Program-made: the position numbers and the translations under genes
Shown here: positions 1-12,000 of the stretch, piece by piece
How the letters are laid out: each line of letters begins with the position of its first letter
How positions within the stretch are numbered: the first letter of the stretch is position 1
Notes under the pieces: model-generated
What the model saw: only the letters and a program-made list of their open reading frames with translations
Databases searched by the model: none
Told to the model about the DNA's origin: nothing
NCBI GenBank assembly: GCA_002269645.1
Contig: NIVC01001670.1
Span: 145,091-209,090 of the forward strand
Origin: Macrostomum lignano
Lineage: Eukaryota
Reading direction: 5' to 3'
Length of the DNA: 64,000 nt

Positions 1-870
1 TCCCTCACCTGCCATTTCTCTACTTCTCACACTGTCTCTAAATTTCCCTCACCTGCCATTTCTCTACTTCTCACACTGTCTCTCACCTGCCTTCACCTGC
101 CATTTCTCTACTTCTCACACTGTCTCTCACCTTCCTTCACCTGCCATTTCTCTACTTCTCACACTGTCTCTCACCTTCCTTCACCTGCCATTTCTCTACT
201 TCTCACACTGTCTCTCACCTTCCTTCACCTGCCATTTCTCTACTTCTCACACTGTCTCTCACCTTCCTTCACCTGCCATTTCTCTACTTCTCACACTGTC
301 TCTCACCTTCCTTCACCTGCCATTTCTCTACTTCTCACAGTGTCTCTGACCTGCCTTCACCTGCCATTTCTCTACTTCTCACACTGTCTCTCACCTTCCT
401 TCACCTGCCATTTCTCTACTTCTCACACTGTCTCTCACCTTCCTTCACCTGCCATTTCTCTACTTCTCACACTGTCTCTCACCTTCCTTCACCTGCCATT
501 TCTCTACTCCTCACACTGTCTCTAAATTTCCCTCACCTGCCATTTCTCTACTTCTCACACTGTCTCTAAATTTCCCTCACCTGCCATTTCTCTACTTCTC
601 ACACTGTCTCTCACCTGCCTTCACCTGCCATTTCTCTACTTCTCACACTGTCTCTCACCTTCCTTCACCTGCCATTTCTCTACTTCTCACACTGTCTCTC
701 ACCTTCCTTCACCTGCCATTTCTCTACTTCTCACACTGTCTCTCACCTTCCTTCACCTGCCATTTCTCTACTTCTCACACTGTCTCTCACCTTCCTTCAC
801 CTGCCATTTCTCTACTTCTCACAATGTCTCTGACCTACTCTCTACTGCCATTTCTCTACTTCTCACAGTG
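1..870. repeat. 44-bp minisatellite (TCACCTGCCATTTCTCTACTTCTCACACTGTCTCTCACCTTCCT), running off the left window edge
   Basis: Unit recurs with 44-bp period (e.g. 181, 225); pyrimidine-rich. Confidence 0.95.
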
Positions 871-1439
871 TCAGCAACTAAAATTATATATTTTTCCCTC
901 TTTAAAACCTAAAACCCGACCAATGCTTAAAATTGGCCAATGACTTTACTCACTGTGTCCATCTTGGCACTGGGAGATGAACCTTCAGTTGAAATTTTGT
1001 TCCTTAAAATTTTCAGGTCTCAGCCTGATCTTAGCCGTGCAAATCTGCACTGCATCCTTGAAATTAGAACCCAGGGGCGCTGCCAGTCCCGCCGCCAATG
1101 GCTCCGAGCCGTCGGGTTCACGCTGGGGCAACAGCTGAGCCGGACAATTGATGGGGAAGCGGAGAGGCTGGGCCGGTGAATTTTCCCGCCTAAATCCCCC
1201 TCCCCCATTTCAATAAGGTTTCTCTCTGCTTCTCTCGCCTATCGAGGTGTCAAGCAGTTGAGTGATACTCAAATGACCCGGGGCTGAGTGGATTCATGAG
1301 CAGCCTCTGAGGAAGCTGGACTGCCTGTTGCGTCACTCGCTACAATGGGGCTTTGACCCCCCACCAGTAATTGTTGCTGGGCTTGAACTCCAGCAAATTT
1401 AGCACTGAGCTGCTCTTAGCTGATGGACACACAAGCGGA

Positions 1440-2235
<796 letters not shown>

Positions 2236-2717
2236 AGAGAATAATACAAAGCACAAACGCATTAATAGCAATACAAGAACTATACTCAACCGGTGCGATG
2301 GGAAATAATTTTATTGAATCGCTCATTCAAAACTCCGGGCGCGTGAGGCTCTCAGTCCGATCTTCACAATCGCGCATTTTCTGACCCGTTTGAATTTCCG
2401 CCTGTGGGTCTGCGGAAGATGCCCCAACCCCAGTTCTTCAAGCCTAACCAACAACCTGATGTAGGCGCTTTGACGCCGAAATGGGTTCTTTTTATTAACG
2501 AAAACTCTGCTCCACTTTGTAAAGCTACAGATTCTAGACGAATAGTTTATTGCCGTTGGATATTCCGAATTATATCACGATCTTGAGATGCCAAAACTCT
2601 GAAGCAATCGAGAAAGAAGTCATGAGCCAATCTAGAGGGACGAGGTGACAGAAGGAAATGCAATAGAAGAAAGCAATAAACACGAGCGGAGAAAGAGAGT
2701 AGAAAAGAAAAGGATGT

Positions 2718-3365
2718 GAAAGAGAGGGTGTGAATGAATAGGGTGTGAATGAACAGAGTGTGAATGAATAGGGTGTGAATGAATAGGGTGTGAATGAATA
2801 GGGTGTGAATGAAAAGGGTGTGAATGAAAAGGGTGTGAATGAAAAGGGTGTGAATGAATAGGGTGTGAATGAATAGGGTGTGAATGAATAGGGTGTGAAT
2901 GAATAGGGTGTGAATGAATAGGGTGTGAATGAATAGGGTGTGAATGAATAGGGTGTGAATGAATAGGGTGTGAATGAATAGGGTGTGAAATAATCGGGTG
3001 TGAATGAGTAGGGTGTGAAATAATCAGGTGTGAATGAGTAGGGTGTGAATGAATAGAGTGTGAATGAGTAGGGTGTGAAAGAAGAGGGTGTGAAAGAATA
3101 GGGTGTGAGTGAATAGGGTGTGAATGAATAGGGTGTGAATGAATAGGGTGTGAATGAATAGGGTGTGAATGAATAGGGTGTGAAATAATCGGGTGTGAAT
3201 GAGTAGGGTGTGAATGAATAGAGTGTGAATGAGTAGGGTGTGAAAGAAGAGGGTGTGAAAGAATAGGGTGTGAATGAATAGGGTGTGAATGAATAGAGTG
3301 TGAATGAGTAGGGTGTGAATGAATAGGGTGTGAAAGAATCGGGTGTGAATGAAGAGGATGTGAAA
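2718..3365. repeat. 15-bp minisatellite (TGAATGAATAGGGTG)
   Basis: About 43 units; generates the SFTPY/HSHPI pseudo-ORFs. Confidence 0.95.
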
Positions 3366-3455
3366 GAAGACCGGTGGGAAAGAAGGGGCGCTCCAAAAAG
3401 TTTTGCAGCCAAAAATCTATATCAAGCAACAGAGCCCATTGCCACGGACAGGCCC

Positions 3456-3704
3456 CTACCTGGAGGTCTCAGAAGTGGCGAACACACTCGTGCCGGAAGC
3501 TCGCTTAGCCAACATGGGGTTTGGCTTGTAGCACATTCGCTGCTGCTGCTGCTGCTGCTGTGTCCTTCTGGCCAGCAGATGTCGATACTTCCCATAGAGC
3601 AGCGGTGGCGCAGGCGGCGGCGGGCACGGCGCGGACAGGCAGCGGCAGTCGCCTCCTCCGCCGCCTCCGCAGACGCGACAGCTAGACGCTGGCAGCGGCT
3701 GCTC
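3456..3704 (-). CDS. Possible orphan coding exon (EQPLPASSCRVCGGGGGGDCRC...QQQQQQQRMCYKPNPMLAKRASGTSVFATSETSR)
   Basis: Polypyrimidine tract + CAG acceptor at 3705-3706; GC-rich open frame with poly-Gly/poly-Gln like the real exons in this window; ends at a GTAG donor (3459) or an in-frame TAG. No family recognised. Confidence 0.3.
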   Translation of the reverse strand, partial: EQPLPASSCRVCGGGGGGDCRCLSAPCPPPPAPPLLYGKYRHLLARRTQQQQQQQRMCYKPNPMLAKRASGTSVFATSETSR

Positions 3705-4249
3705 CTGCGTGGCGAAGCGGGAGCGAACAGGAAAAAAGCAATTTATTTGCCATATGCTAATTTTGCTACTTCTAGTAGGGCAGCCTGTTAAAATTTTAAA
3801 TCTTTCATGCTAGTTCATGCGAAAGTTCCTGAATTTTATCGCTTTTCCTCCTCAATATACCGGATGAATTTGTTGTTAAATTTCAACTAAAATTGCTTTT
3901 CTCTACGCTGGTGTACGGAGATGACTAATTGAATAGCAGCTGTCCTGACATTTTCGAGTAATTCGCATTGATCTGCCAATGGCATCTGCACTGAAAGTAG
4001 TCGCCCCTGTGCTTTTCTTAAGTTTTCTATTGCCGCCTATAACGGGATGGCGGGCAGCGGAAGGCAGCGGAAGGCACGGCGGACTTTGACGAGTCAGCGA
4101 CAGACGCTGCGGACTGTGCAGTGAAATCCGGCCACCAGCGGCAGTCAGGGTGCCTGCTTGAAGATGGCCGGGGATGGCTTTGGAAATGAATTCGATTGCA
4201 GAAAAGTGCACGAGCCGCATGCTTTGTACCTTGTTTGAATGCAGTGCCG

Positions 4250-4530
4250 AGCGGAGAGTGGAGAGTGGAGATTAGAGAGTGGAGAGAAAAGAGTGGAGAG
4301 TGGAAAGTGGAGAGAATACATGTAGATAGTAGAGTGGAAAGTGGAGAGAGTAGAGGGGAGAGTGGAGGGGAGAGCGGACAGGGGAAAGAGTGAGAGGGGA
4401 AAGGAGAGAGGGGAGAGGGAAGAGTGGTGTAGAGAGGAGAGGGGAGAGGGAAGAGTGGTGTGTAGAGAGGAGAGGGGAGAGGGGAGAGGGGAGAGGGGAG
4501 AGCGGAGAACAGCGAGTGGGAAGCAGAGAG
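4250..4530. repeat. GA-rich low-complexity tract
   Basis: GAGAG/GGAGA-rich degenerate repeat. Confidence 0.85.
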
Positions 4531-5189
4531 TTGAGAGGGACATCAAAGAGGGGGGCGGGGTCCTAATTTAAGTAAAGCTGTTAAGTCCTTATGGTGGCGG
4601 GTGAGTTAAGCTTAGACTAGCAGCTGTCAGCAGAGAATGGAGAGAAATGAGATGGCAGGTAAGGGAGACAAACACAGGCGACGTAAAGGAATTTACAGAA
4701 TATAGCGATATTCTGACCTGCATGCAGAAGGATGTAGCCTCTATGCATGTAAAGACAGTATTGGTGAGGTGAGGCTGGAAAAGATATGGAGAGTCAGAGC
4801 TTCATGGCAGCGTTGCAGTTGCGGGCTTCACCCAAGCGGAAATGTCCTGTCCTCGCTGATGAACTCCAACAGACCCCCCGAAAAAAACTTCGGGAGCAGT
4901 GAGGCGCAGAGTGATCAGTGTCTGGCTCTGTTTGGTTTTCACCTGGTGCTGGACAAGCACTATTCACAAGGCCCTGCCATCATTCTGGAGAGAGTTGGCG
5001 AACTTCTGGTGGTGGGTGGGTGGCCGCATGACCAATTTCATAATCCAGCCAGTGCAAAGGTGAGTGAAATTGGTGCACGTTCTAATCAATAAAATAATTA
5101 GCCAATATCAGGAGTGAAAAAGTGCAAAGTATTATCGGATAGTATCAAGGGTGCTAATAGTTCTTATCAGTAAATACGCTTTATCAGCA

Positions 5190-5627
5190 AACGTAGGATA
5201 TTGATATCAAAGGTGCGAAATCTTATCGGCAAACGTAGGATGATAATATTTGATATCAAAGGTGCGAAATCTTATCGGCAAACGTAGGATGATAATATTT
5301 GATATCAAAGGTGCGAAATCTTATCGGCAAACGTAGGATGATAATATTTGATATCAAAGGTGCGAAATCTTATCAGCAAACGTAGGATGATAATATTTGA
5401 TATCAAAGGTGCGAAATCTTATCAGCAAACGTAGGATGATAATATTTGATATCAAAGGTGCGAAATCTTATCGGCAAACGTAGGATGATAATATTTGATA
5501 TCAAAGGTGCGAAATCTTATCAGCAAACGTAGGATGATAATATTTGATATCAAAGGTGCGAAATCTTATCGGCAAACGTAGGATGATAATATTTGATATC
5601 AAAGGTGCGAAATCTTATCAGCAAACG
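5190..5627. repeat. 49-bp minisatellite (TGATATCAAAGGTGCGAAATCTTATCGGCAAACGTAGGATGATAATATT), about 8.5 copies
   Basis: Period 49 (5251, 5300, ...). Confidence 0.95.
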
Positions 5628-6289
5628 CACTCAATAATAAAATGATTGCTCTGAATTCCAATGATCATCAGAGTCGGTGCCCACAGATGGCAGCGGCAAA
5701 CCGGAAAAACTTACTCTGGTAGCCATTCGGTGTCTCTTGCCAGTTGAGTTGCATGAGGCAGTGCGTCTCAGCAGCCGTAGTCCTTAACAGGCCACTCTTT
5801 GCTTAAATACTCTCCAAGCAGGAAAGTGGTCCTGCAGCCCTGGTAGAAAAATCCCTACCGCTCGGGAATTCCTGCCTCTCGCCGGCGGTTATTGGCGACG
5901 GGATCGCTGCGAAATTCCCATTCCCATTTGCTACGGACACTGGCTGCATGGACCGGCCCGACCCGACCGCGCCTCGGAACTTCAAGCCCTCAATTAGCAC
6001 TTTGATTCGCTATGGGGACTTTGCTGGCCACTCAAAACAGGGTGGGTGATATGAGAGGGAAAGTGAAGATAAATGGGAGGCATAAAAGAGAAGGGAGAGC
6101 AGCTCAGCGTGAGGAGAAAGACACCAGATGGGGGATAGAAAGTCTCATAGATGGGGGTAGAGTAGGGGAAGTATAGTGGTAGGGCGGTGGATGGGCATTA
6201 AGAGACCTAAGGAGAGGGTTAGAGAGACATCAGGGAACGCGAGTAGAGATGCACCAGAGAGAGGGGTAAAGATACATTAGAGAGGGTAA

Positions 6290-7092
6290 AAATAAACCAG
6301 AAAGGGGTAGAAGTACACCAAAGAGGGGGTAGAGATACACCAGAGAGGGGGGTAGAGATACACCAGAGAGGGGGTAGAGATACACTGCAGAGAGGGGGTA
6401 GAGATACACTGCAGAGAGGGGTAGAGATACACCAGAGAGGGGTAGAGATACACCAGAGAGGGGGTAGAGATACACCAGAGAGGGGGTAGAGATACACCAG
6501 AGAGGGGGTAGAGATACACTGCAGAGAGGGGGTAGAGATACACCAGAGAGGGGTAGAGATACACCAGAGAGGGGGTAGAGATACACCAGAGAGGGGGTAG
6601 AGATACACTGCAGAGAGGGGATAGAAGTACACCAGAGAGGGGGTAGAGATACACTGCAGAGAGGGGATAGAAGTACACCAGAGAGGGGGTAGAGATACAC
6701 TGCAGAGAGGGGGTAGAGATACACTGCAGAGAGGGGTAGAGATACACTGCAGAGAGGGGGTAGAGATACACTGCAGAGAGGGGGTAGAGATACACCAGAG
6801 AGGGGGTAGAGATACACTGCAGAGAGAGGGTAGAGATACACTGCAGAGAGGGGATAGAAGTACACCAGAGAGGGGTAGAGATACACTGCAGAGAGAGGGT
6901 AGAGATACACTCCAGAGAGGGGATAGAAGTACACCAGAGAGGGGGTAGAGATACACTGCAGAGAGGGGGTAGAAGCACACCAGAGAGGGGGTAGAGATAC
7001 ACCAGAGAGGGGGTAGAGATACACCAGAGAGGGGGTAGAGATACACCAGAGAGGGGGTAGAGATACACCAGAGAGGGGGTAGAGATACATCA
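6290..7092. repeat. 21-23-bp minisatellite (GAGAGGGGGTAGAGATACACCA / ...CACTGCA)
   Basis: Direct reading, two alternating unit variants. Confidence 0.95.
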
Positions 7093-8119
7093 GGGAGTGG
7101 ACGGAGATGCATTGAAGATGGAGGTAGAAATCGACATCTCTTAAAGATAGAGGTGGAATAAAAGTTGTGGAGCAAGAAATCAATCGGAAAAGAAGGAGAT
7201 GAAGAAGGGGATCTGTGTCAATTATTGCATTTAATTAACCAAAAAATAGTTTATGACTACTAAATAATTTCAGCTTTAGTGCAACAATGTTCCATGAGAC
7301 TGCCAATCTTTTCATCACCTAGGAATTGAATTTCATTTCCCTCTCCACCCATACCTCCGCCCTGGAGTGTGCAGCTATATTCCATGTTGCACTTTTCAGT
7401 GTTTTTATTCTCCCAACGCCCCGGGTTTCGGGGGCCGGGCGATAAGGACTCAACAAGAGCCACGCCACTCACTGGAGTCCCCCCCTCCTGGCTACTCCAC
7501 AGCCCCTGTCGCTCCTCAATTCACAGACTTCGGTCACTCGCCACAGTTTCATGGCTGAATAATTGTGGCTGAGAGGACCGGCTTCGGCGAGTGTGAATGG
7601 GGAGAGGGGGGAGAGAGTGGAGATCTGACAGGCGGACAGCAACAGTCTCGAAGAGGAACAGCGGCAGCCCCGCGGTGAGTCATCGGCAACTCCAGTCGGC
7701 AGAGACAACTGAGCAAACTCTGCAAAAGGTCCGACAGGCCAAGCAGCTGCGGCCCGAGCCTCTCAGAGCCACTTTTGTCAGGGTGCTGAGTAGTGCTGCC
7801 GGGGCAGAGGGGAGCGAGAGACAGTGCGGCCGTCAAATCTGTCTGGGCACCTTTAGACTTTCTTTGGAGGGCCGCGGGGGAGGTGTCGGAGGGTTCAAGC
7901 AGCAGCGTGTCCTGAGCCGGAGAGGTCAATTGTGCAGGGTCCGGGTTAGACTTCGTTTTTCTTGGGTTTTTTGAAATTTAAACTATTTTTAAATTTTATG
8001 CCAGGTAGTTTCAGTTGGGATAAGGCTAAATAATCACCAGCGACTCAAACAGTTTGCGAGTTCTGACGGCGAGAGTCGTGATGAAACTTTGGACTCCGTT
8101 TGAGGAGCAGTTTTCATGG

Positions 8120-8615
8120 TGGGCTGCTTGTGGTGGTTGTACGTGGGGGTTGTTCGTGGAGGTTGTTCGTGGGGGCTGTTTGTAGGGCTGTTGGAGGGGG
8201 TTGTTAGTGTGGGGCTGTTGGTAGGGTTGTTAGTGGGGGATGTTGGTGGAGGCTGTTTGTGTGGCGCTGTTGGTAGGGGCTGTTGGAGGGGGTTGTTAGT
8301 GGGGGCCTGTTGGTAGGGGGCTGTTGGAGGGGGTTGTTAGTGGGGGCTGTTGGAGGGGGCTATTGGAGGTGGTTGTTAGTGGGTGTTAGTGGGGGGCTGT
8401 TGGAGGGGTTGTTAGTGGGGGCCTGTTGGTAGGGGGCTGTTGGAGGGGGTTGTAAGTGGGGGGCTGTTGGAGAACTTGGAAGGGGTTGTTAGTGGGGGCC
8501 TGTTGTTGGGGGGCTGTTGGTAGGGGGCTGTTGGAGGGGGTTGCTAGTGGGGGGCTGTTGGTAGGGGTTGTTGGAGGGGGTTGTTAGTGGGCGGCTGTTG
8601 GGGGGGGGCTGTTGG
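8120..8615. repeat. Degenerate GT-rich minisatellite (GGGGGCTGTTGGAGGGGGTTGTTAGT-like)
   Basis: Direct reading. Confidence 0.85.
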
Positions 8616-9035
8616 CGAAGCTTTACTCTTTATCACCAATAATTCGACATATGTACGACTCGTAATTAAAAAACTCGAGAACACGAGCAAATCGCTTAAT
8701 TGTAGCAGCGAAATAATTTTATGCACTGAGCAAATTCATCAGCATTAGAAGCTGCTCAATCAGGCCCCTGAACTTTTGTTGAACCCCTGAAGTCGAGTGG
8801 CATTTACTACTTATTTTAGTAGTATCTGTAGCTTTAGAATGTTTATTAAATAGCGCAGTAGATGGAACGAATATTTTTCAGAGCAACAACACATTGAGTC
8901 ACGTGACTTTTTAACTGTCGATTCGCAATAGTAGTTAAAGAGGACAATAAAAATATCGAATCGATACAACATAGAGGTGAGTTTGCATGTCCACTCATTG
9001 TACAATTTCCGCGCGAGTGCAAAGAATCGTGCAAG

Positions 9036-12000
9036 TCAAACGTCCGTAGAGTTGACGGCCCGTTCCGGCTCGGACTTGATGGAGCTGCCCAGACTCGCCA
9101 GTCGGGTCGGCCGATCGGCCGCCAAGTCGCTCCCGGCACCGTTGCTCACAGCCGACTCGCTGAACTGCCGGATTAGCGGCGCTTTTGATCTGTGCTCTTC
9201 CTGCCGCTCCGCCTGCTGCTCCTCCTGCCGCTCCGCCTGCCGCTCCGCCTGCTGCTCCGCCTGCTGCTCCGCCTGCTGCTCCGCCTGCTGCTCCTCCTGC
9301 CGCTCCGCCTGCTGCTCCGCCTGCTGCTCCTCCTGCCGCTCCGCCTGCTGCTCCGCCTGCTGCTCCGCCTGCTGCTCCGCCTGCTGCTCCGCCTGCTGCT
9401 CCGCCTGCTGCTCTGCCTGCTGCTCCGCCCGCTGCCTCTTAGCATATTTATTTGGCTCCTTTGTCGAGGACGCCAGCCGACCAGACGAGATGACGCTGAC
9501 GGTGGCAGCTGTGGCGGCAGTGACGGCAGTAGCGGCGGCGGCATCCTTCCCGTTGACGCCGACAGTTGTTGGGTTGAACGCGGTGGCGGCAGCGGAGGCC
9601 GGATGCAGCAGGTGCTGGCTGGCTGCGGCAGACGGCAGCACCTGCAGGTTGACTCCACCAGCAGAAGTCACTGCGTAGGTTGGCAGACGGCGCAGGCTGA
9701 TGGCGTCCAGAGTCTGCTGCTGCTGCTGCGGGTGCCAGCGGAGCCAGTGCAGCGGCCGCAGCCCGCACCGGTCGCCATTGGGCGGCTCTTCGGATTCTTC
9801 AACTGCCGTCGTCGTTGCCACCGCGCTCGCCTGCTCGTCGATGGCCTCGAGGGCGCGCTCCTCGGCGAAGCGGCGCTGCAGGCAGGCGAGTCGTGCTTGG
9901 CGCTCCTCCAGGCAGATGGACATCCGAGAGCCTCGCGCGTACTCCCTGTAGATCACAGTGCCGCTGGACTCAGCGCACACCTGCACTTTGTCCAGATTCT
10001 TCGGACGCAGGTGCCGGGCTCTGTCGGATCGGCTGCCGCGCGACAGGCGCAGGCTGCCCAGCTTGTGCAGGAAGACGGCCACCGCGGCGGCCCAGGCGCC
10101 CAGCACCAGCAGGAAGATGAGCGCGTCGGACACCGTCCAGCGGGGCGGGGAGTACTTGGCCGGAGCGGCGGTCGGGGCTGTGGTTGTAAATATGATTTTT
10201 TTATGCATGTTTAAATATGTTGAAACTTCAGTTTTTATCATTTAGCGAAAATTCTATCAAAAACACTTTAAAGCTACTATCAGTAGTCTGCTTTGAATGA
10301 GTGGGTGAGCGGGTAAAACGGGGATCAGTTATTGAGCAACGCAGGCACACGAAATTCCCGAACACAGGCTAAATTTCTGTTGCGCACCTTCCCAAGCAAG
10401 AATCAAGCCGCCAGCCCTCCGGACCGTCGAGATATTCAACGATTCTGCCATAAGCGCTAGCGTATTCAATGCACCCTGTATTCTAAATTTCATCAGCACG
10501 TTGACCACGTGTCGGCATCAGATCTGACTTCGTTGGTCACCGGCCTTCACCCAGGCGGAGCTTCTGGACCTTCAACAGATGGCACCAGGTGACTATGGAC
10601 ACCCTATTGCATTCCGCCACCCCCTTGGTGTACTGCTAATGATTGCGCAATCCAGCTGCTGCAGCCTCTGAGCACGGATTTAGCTTCCCTCGCTTACCGA
10701 ACCACCTGATCTCAGCTCGTAATGGACAATCTCTAATGGACTCATAAAGCTACTCTCCTTTCTTCCTGGGATTAATTTTTTTCCAGGCTGGCAGTCACAA
10801 TCCGGCCACGCCCAAAAGCTTCAGCCACGCCCATTGGGCCGGCCATTTATAGGCCTGTCCGAGCCTGTCCGGTGTCTGGCCGGTTTCCCATCTCATTATT
10901 TTTCTCTCTATGCCTCCAGGCAGCCCGGGCCGGCTGGGAGGTTGGGGCTGAACGCCATGCGAACCGGATTTACACGCGCGGGCTCTTGCCGGCAGAGGAA
11001 ATTAACTGATGTTTTCTACTTTAATCCAGTCAAAAAGCTGAGTAGCAATATGAGCTGATTGACTATTCATGCGAGCCCAGATCCCAGTCTCCCCGGCCTA
11101 ACTGCCATCGAGCAGCTCGGATGAGGCCTGTCGCCTCCCCCCCCAGCCTCCGCAGTGGGAAGCCGATGAAGCCCAACAGATGTCGGTCGACAGTCGGCAT
11201 GCAACTCAAAGGATCGATTTCCGCCTTCTTCTCTGCATTTTTTACACCTCCATTGCTTCTTGGGCCAAAATTGTTGCTTTTTGCCTCGCTATTGCCGGTG
11301 CCTCTGATGACTGTGCTCACTGCCATCTGTCTCCACTGCCATCTGTCTCCACTGCCATCTGTCTCCACTGCCATCTGTCTCCACTGCCATCTGTCTCCAC
11401 TGCCATCTGTCTCCACTGCCATCTGTCTCCACTGCCATCTGTCTCCACTGCCATCTGTCTCCACTGCCATCTGTCTCCACTGCCATCTGTCTCCACTGCC
11501 ATCTGTCTCCACTGCCATCTGTCTCCACTGCCATCTGTCTCCACTGCCATCTGTCTCCACTGCCATCTGTCTCCACTGCCATCTGTCTCCACTGCCATCT
11601 GTCTCCACTGCCATCTGTCTCCACTGCCATCTGTCTCCACTGCCATCTGTCTCCACTGCCATCTGTCTCCACTGCCATCTGTCTCCACTGCCATCTGTCT
11701 CCACTGCCATCTGTCTCCACTGCCATCTGTCTCCACTGCCATCTGTCTCCACTGCCATCTGTCTCCACTGCCATCTGTCTCCACTGCCATCTGTCTCCAC
11801 TGCCATCTGTCTCCACTGCCATCTGTCTCCACTGCCATCTGTCTATCGCCAGCCCCCAAAAGTGCATTTGTGCTCACTGGAGTTCGCACCGGTCAGGTTT
11901 GCCTTGGCCGCCATGTCCTCAGCAGCGACAGCGGCGCTGAGATTCCAGACGCTGAAGACCAGCGACTCCGGCCAGCGGCAGAAGAGGCCCGACGGCTCCT

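Noticed and set aside
7549-7974. Overlapping 125-126-aa ORFs on both strands
   Set aside because: No recognisable family and no phase-consistent splicing to neighbours; kept only as part of the low-confidence orphan-gene note
9173-10245. Plus-strand and alternate-frame ORFs over the FN3 gene; similar overlaps at 22212-23624, 32266-33377 and 40066-41017
   Set aside because: Shadow ORFs of GC-rich real exons
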